From: an uncultured Gammaproteobacteria bacterium
GTDB lineage: Bacteria > Pseudomonadota > Gammaproteobacteria > DRLM01
Direction of reading: 5' to 3'
Assembly: GCA_963761035.1 (NCBI GenBank)
Contig: CAVXFH010000002.1
Span: 1,215,017 to 1,279,016, forward strand
Length of the DNA: 64,000 bases
Shown: in pieces, positions 61,761 to 64,000 of the stretch
How positions within the stretch are numbered: the first letter of the stretch is position 1
How the letters are laid out: each line of letters opens with the position of its first letter
The notes under the pieces: generated by a model
Database searches by the model: none
What the model saw: only the letters and a program-made list of their open reading frames with translations
Told to the model about the DNA's origin: nothing
Made by a program: the position numbers and the translations under genes

Positions 61761-62675
61761 ATGCGACGCACCACTTTGCGTCAACTCGAAGTCTTTGAAG
61801 CCATCGCACGGCTCGGCAGTTTTACGCGCGCCGCGGAGGAATTGCATCTCACCCAACCTACGGTGTCCATGCAGATCAAGAAGCTCACCGATGCCGTGGG
61901 TATGCCTTTGTTCGAACAACTGGGGAAAAGAATCTATCTCACGGCGGCGGGACGCACGCTGCAAAATTTCTCGCGGGAAATATTTGAACACTTCGCCCGC
62001 TTCGAGATGCAAGTAGCCGACTTGAAAGGTTTGAAGAAGGGGGGATTGCGGCTCGGCGTGATCACCACCGCCAAGTATTTCATCCCGCGCCTCCTCGGCC
62101 CTTTCTGCCGGGAGTATCCGAGCATTGATGTCTCGATGAAGGTATCGAATCGCGAACGGATACTGGAGCGTCTGAGTAACAATGAAGACGATCTGTATAT
62201 TCTAGGACTGCCGCCGGAAGAGATCGATGTCATCGCGGTACCGTTTCTGTCCAATCCCTTGGTCGTGCTGGCGCCCGCCGATCACCACCTGGCGCAGGCG
62301 AAAGAAATTCCGCTGCGGCGCCTAGCGGAAGAACCGTTTCTATTGCGCGAATACGGTTCGGGAACGCGGATCGCGACGGAACAATTGTTCGCAAAATATA
62401 ACTTAAAAATAAAGATGCGTATGGAGTTGGGCAGCAATGAAGCCATCAAGCAAGCCGTGATCGGAGGGTTGGGCATCTCGGTATTATCCCGCCATACCCT
62501 GACCATGGACTTTCCGCTGGACCGGCTTGCCCTGTTGGATGTGGAAGGGTTTCCCATCGAACGTCACTGGTATGTGGCATACCCCAAGGGCAAACAGCTC
62601 TCGGTGGTGGCAAATACTTTTCTCGATTACCTCATGCAAGTACATCAGCACCTAAACGACGTGTTACCCTATTAA
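61761..62675 (+). CDS. cbbR: LysR-family transcriptional regulator CbbR
   Basis: Divergent from cbbL. N-terminal HTH MRRTTLRQLEVFEAIARLGSFTRAAEELHLTQPTVSMQIKKLT. Confidence 0.8.
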   Translation: MRRTTLRQLEVFEAIARLGSFTRAAEELHLTQPTVSMQIKKLTDAVGMPLFEQLGKRIYLTAAGRTLQNFSREIFEHFARFEMQVADLKGLKKGGLRLGVITTAKYFIPRLLGPFCREYPSIDVSMKVSNRERILERLSNNEDDLYILGLPPEEIDVIAVPFLSNPLVVLAPADHHLAQAKEIPLRRLAEEPFLLREYGSGTRIATEQLFAKYNLKIKMRMELGSNEAIKQAVIGGLGISVLSRHTLTMDFPLDRLALLDVEGFPIERHWYVAYPKGKQLSVVANTFLDYLMQVHQHLNDVLPY

Positions 62676-62928
62676 AGATAAAAACAAGTCCGCACCTTCC
62701 CACTATCGCGTCACTAACCAAAACTCCGAAGGACAAAAGCTTGCCGCGACGGATGAAGCCCCTTAAATCAAAAAATAACGTCGCCCGCCTTCAAGCAGGA
62801 ATGACGGCGAACCGGCGCCGAAAACATTCTGACAACAATCCATATCCCGTCCTTTTGCCTTGACAGAAATGGATCCGAAAGGCTTAAATTCAAAAATTGA
62901 CTGTTTCTTAAACTCCAAGGAACGCGCC

Positions 62929-63165
62929 ATGGCCGAGCCGAACATCGCAAAAAAATCCCCCTACATTATGCAGCTGGCGCCCGGCGACTATTGGTGGTGC
63001 GCCTGCGGCAAGTCCGCCAATCAGCCCTTCTGCGACGGTTCTCACAAAGGCGGTGAATTTACCCCTGTTAAATTCACCGTTACTTCCAAGGCGCCCCAGG
63101 CGCTGTGCGGTTGCAAACACAGCGGCAACAAACCTCACTGCGACGGCACACACAATACACTTTGA
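62929..63165 (+). CDS. CDGSH iron-sulfur domain protein (two CDGSH motifs)
   Basis: CACGKSANQPFCDGSH and CGCKHSGNKPHCDGTH. AAGGAA RBS. Upstream TTGACA-N17-TTAAAT promoter-like pair at about 62863-62890. Confidence 0.75.
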   Translation: MAEPNIAKKSPYIMQLAPGDYWWCACGKSANQPFCDGSHKGGEFTPVKFTVTSKAPQALCGCKHSGNKPHCDGTHNTL

Positions 63166-63530
63166 TGGAATAAGCGAGGTTTCAACCTCCCTGTAACCTT
63201 TTACTCATGGTCTGCGACGAAGAACTCGCGGACGGATTGTGGGAAATTTCCGCCAATCGCCGCGGTAGCGCGAACGCCACCCTTAAGCGCGGGCGGATCC
63301 CGGTCATTACACTGCCGTTCTCTAACGTCAGCATGCGCGCGAGATGAATTTCACAGGGAAGACAATGAAGGGCTGCGTGTACGTGGACCCCATCGGTTTC
63401 GAATCCTATGACGATATGGGTACTGGGTGGCGCTTTGTGGGAGCTTGGTGAATTCCCGCTGCGGAAATAAGCCTGATGCAGCGGAAACCATTTCTTCACG
63501 TTATTTTTATTCCTGCGGTATGCTTCAAAA

Positions 63531-63566
63531 AAAAAGGGCGCCGGAAGGCGCCCTCACTGAGTACCA
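63531..63566 (-). terminator. Rho-independent terminator downstream of the ammonium transporter gene
   Basis: Minus strand GGGCGCC-TTCC-GGCGCCC hairpin followed by a 9-T run. Confidence 0.7.
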
Positions 63567-63574
63567 CACTGGGT

Positions 63575-64000
63575 TCAGAGGTTGTAACCGCGTTCGTCGT
63601 GCAACGCCAGATCCAGGCCCACGGCCTCCTGCTCTTCCGTGACCCGCAGACCGATGACCATGTCGATTATCTTCAGCAGGATGAAGCTGACCACACCGTC
63701 GTAGACTATGGTCGTCAATACGCCGATGGCCTGCTTCCCGAGTTGGGCGCTCATGGTAATGCCTTCGCCCAGACCCGATCCGCCAAGACTGGCATCGACG
63801 CAGACGCCGGTAAGCATGGCGCCGATGATGCCGCCGATGGCGTGCACGCCGAAGGCGTCCAAGGAATCGTCATAGCCCAGGGCGCGCTTCAATTTGGTTG
63901 AGGCAAAATAACAACACACACCGGCTGCAACGCCGATGATCAGGGCGCCGATCGGGCCGGCGGTGCCGGAGGCGGGTGTAATGGCTACCAGACCGGCCAC
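63575..64000 (-). CDS. amt: Ammonium transporter (Amt family), C-terminal part; gene continues beyond the window
   Basis: ...DAFGVHAIGGIIGAMLTGV... and the C-terminal TM helices of Amt. The ORF is open at position 64000. Confidence 0.8.
   Translation of the reverse strand: MAGLVAITPASGTAGPIGALIIGVAAGVCCYFASTKLKRALGYDDSLDAFGVHAIGGIIGAMLTGVCVDASLGGSGLGEGITMSAQLGKQAIGVLTTIVYDGVVSFILLKIIDMVIGLRVTEEQEAVGLDLALHDERGYNL

Overview
High-GC (about 62-66%) gammaproteobacterial chromosomal window, probably from a chemolithoautotroph. It is mostly ordinary, densely packed housekeeping genes. The main accessory content is a small chromosomal integron at the left edge (about 1-3300). Reading leftward from an attI-like site there are at least five attC-bounded cassettes on the minus strand, next to an integron-integrase gene broken by an internal ~225-bp deletion.

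The housekeeping part contains the following.
- A red-type form-I RuBisCO operon, cbbL-cbbS-cbbX-(hypothetical)-class II aldolase::Dabb, with a divergent LysR gene cbbR.
- A glycine cleavage operon, gcvT-gcvH-gcvPA-tpx-gcvPB, preceded by a tandem glycine riboswitch.
- The conserved ygfB-pepP-ubiH-ubiI block opposite zapA-ssrS (6S RNA)-ygfA.
- ilvA, rpiA, speA/speE, priA, argS and the paired DUF2844/DUF3443 secreted-lipoprotein operon.

Other observations worth a second look are listed below.
- A family of REP-like palindromic repeats at four loci, one of which extends the ubiH reading frame.
- A cluster of three consensus DnaA boxes with an AT-rich tract immediately upstream of priA. It looks like an origin or DnaA-titration site.
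- A divergent Anbu proteasome-like / circularly permuted ATP-grasp / alpha-E cluster, next to a zinc peptidase gene whose zinc-ribbon N-terminus appears lost or decayed.
- A low-GC island (about 49450-53960) holding a 1202-aa PilZ-DUF1631-GGDEF-EAL protein.
- A likely frameshift in a secreted Kelch-repeat protein gene.
- A 51-aa lysine-rich histone H1-like gene in an AT-rich pocket.

No CRISPR array, tRNA, rRNA or transposase was recognised. All family assignments come from recalled motifs. No database search was possible.
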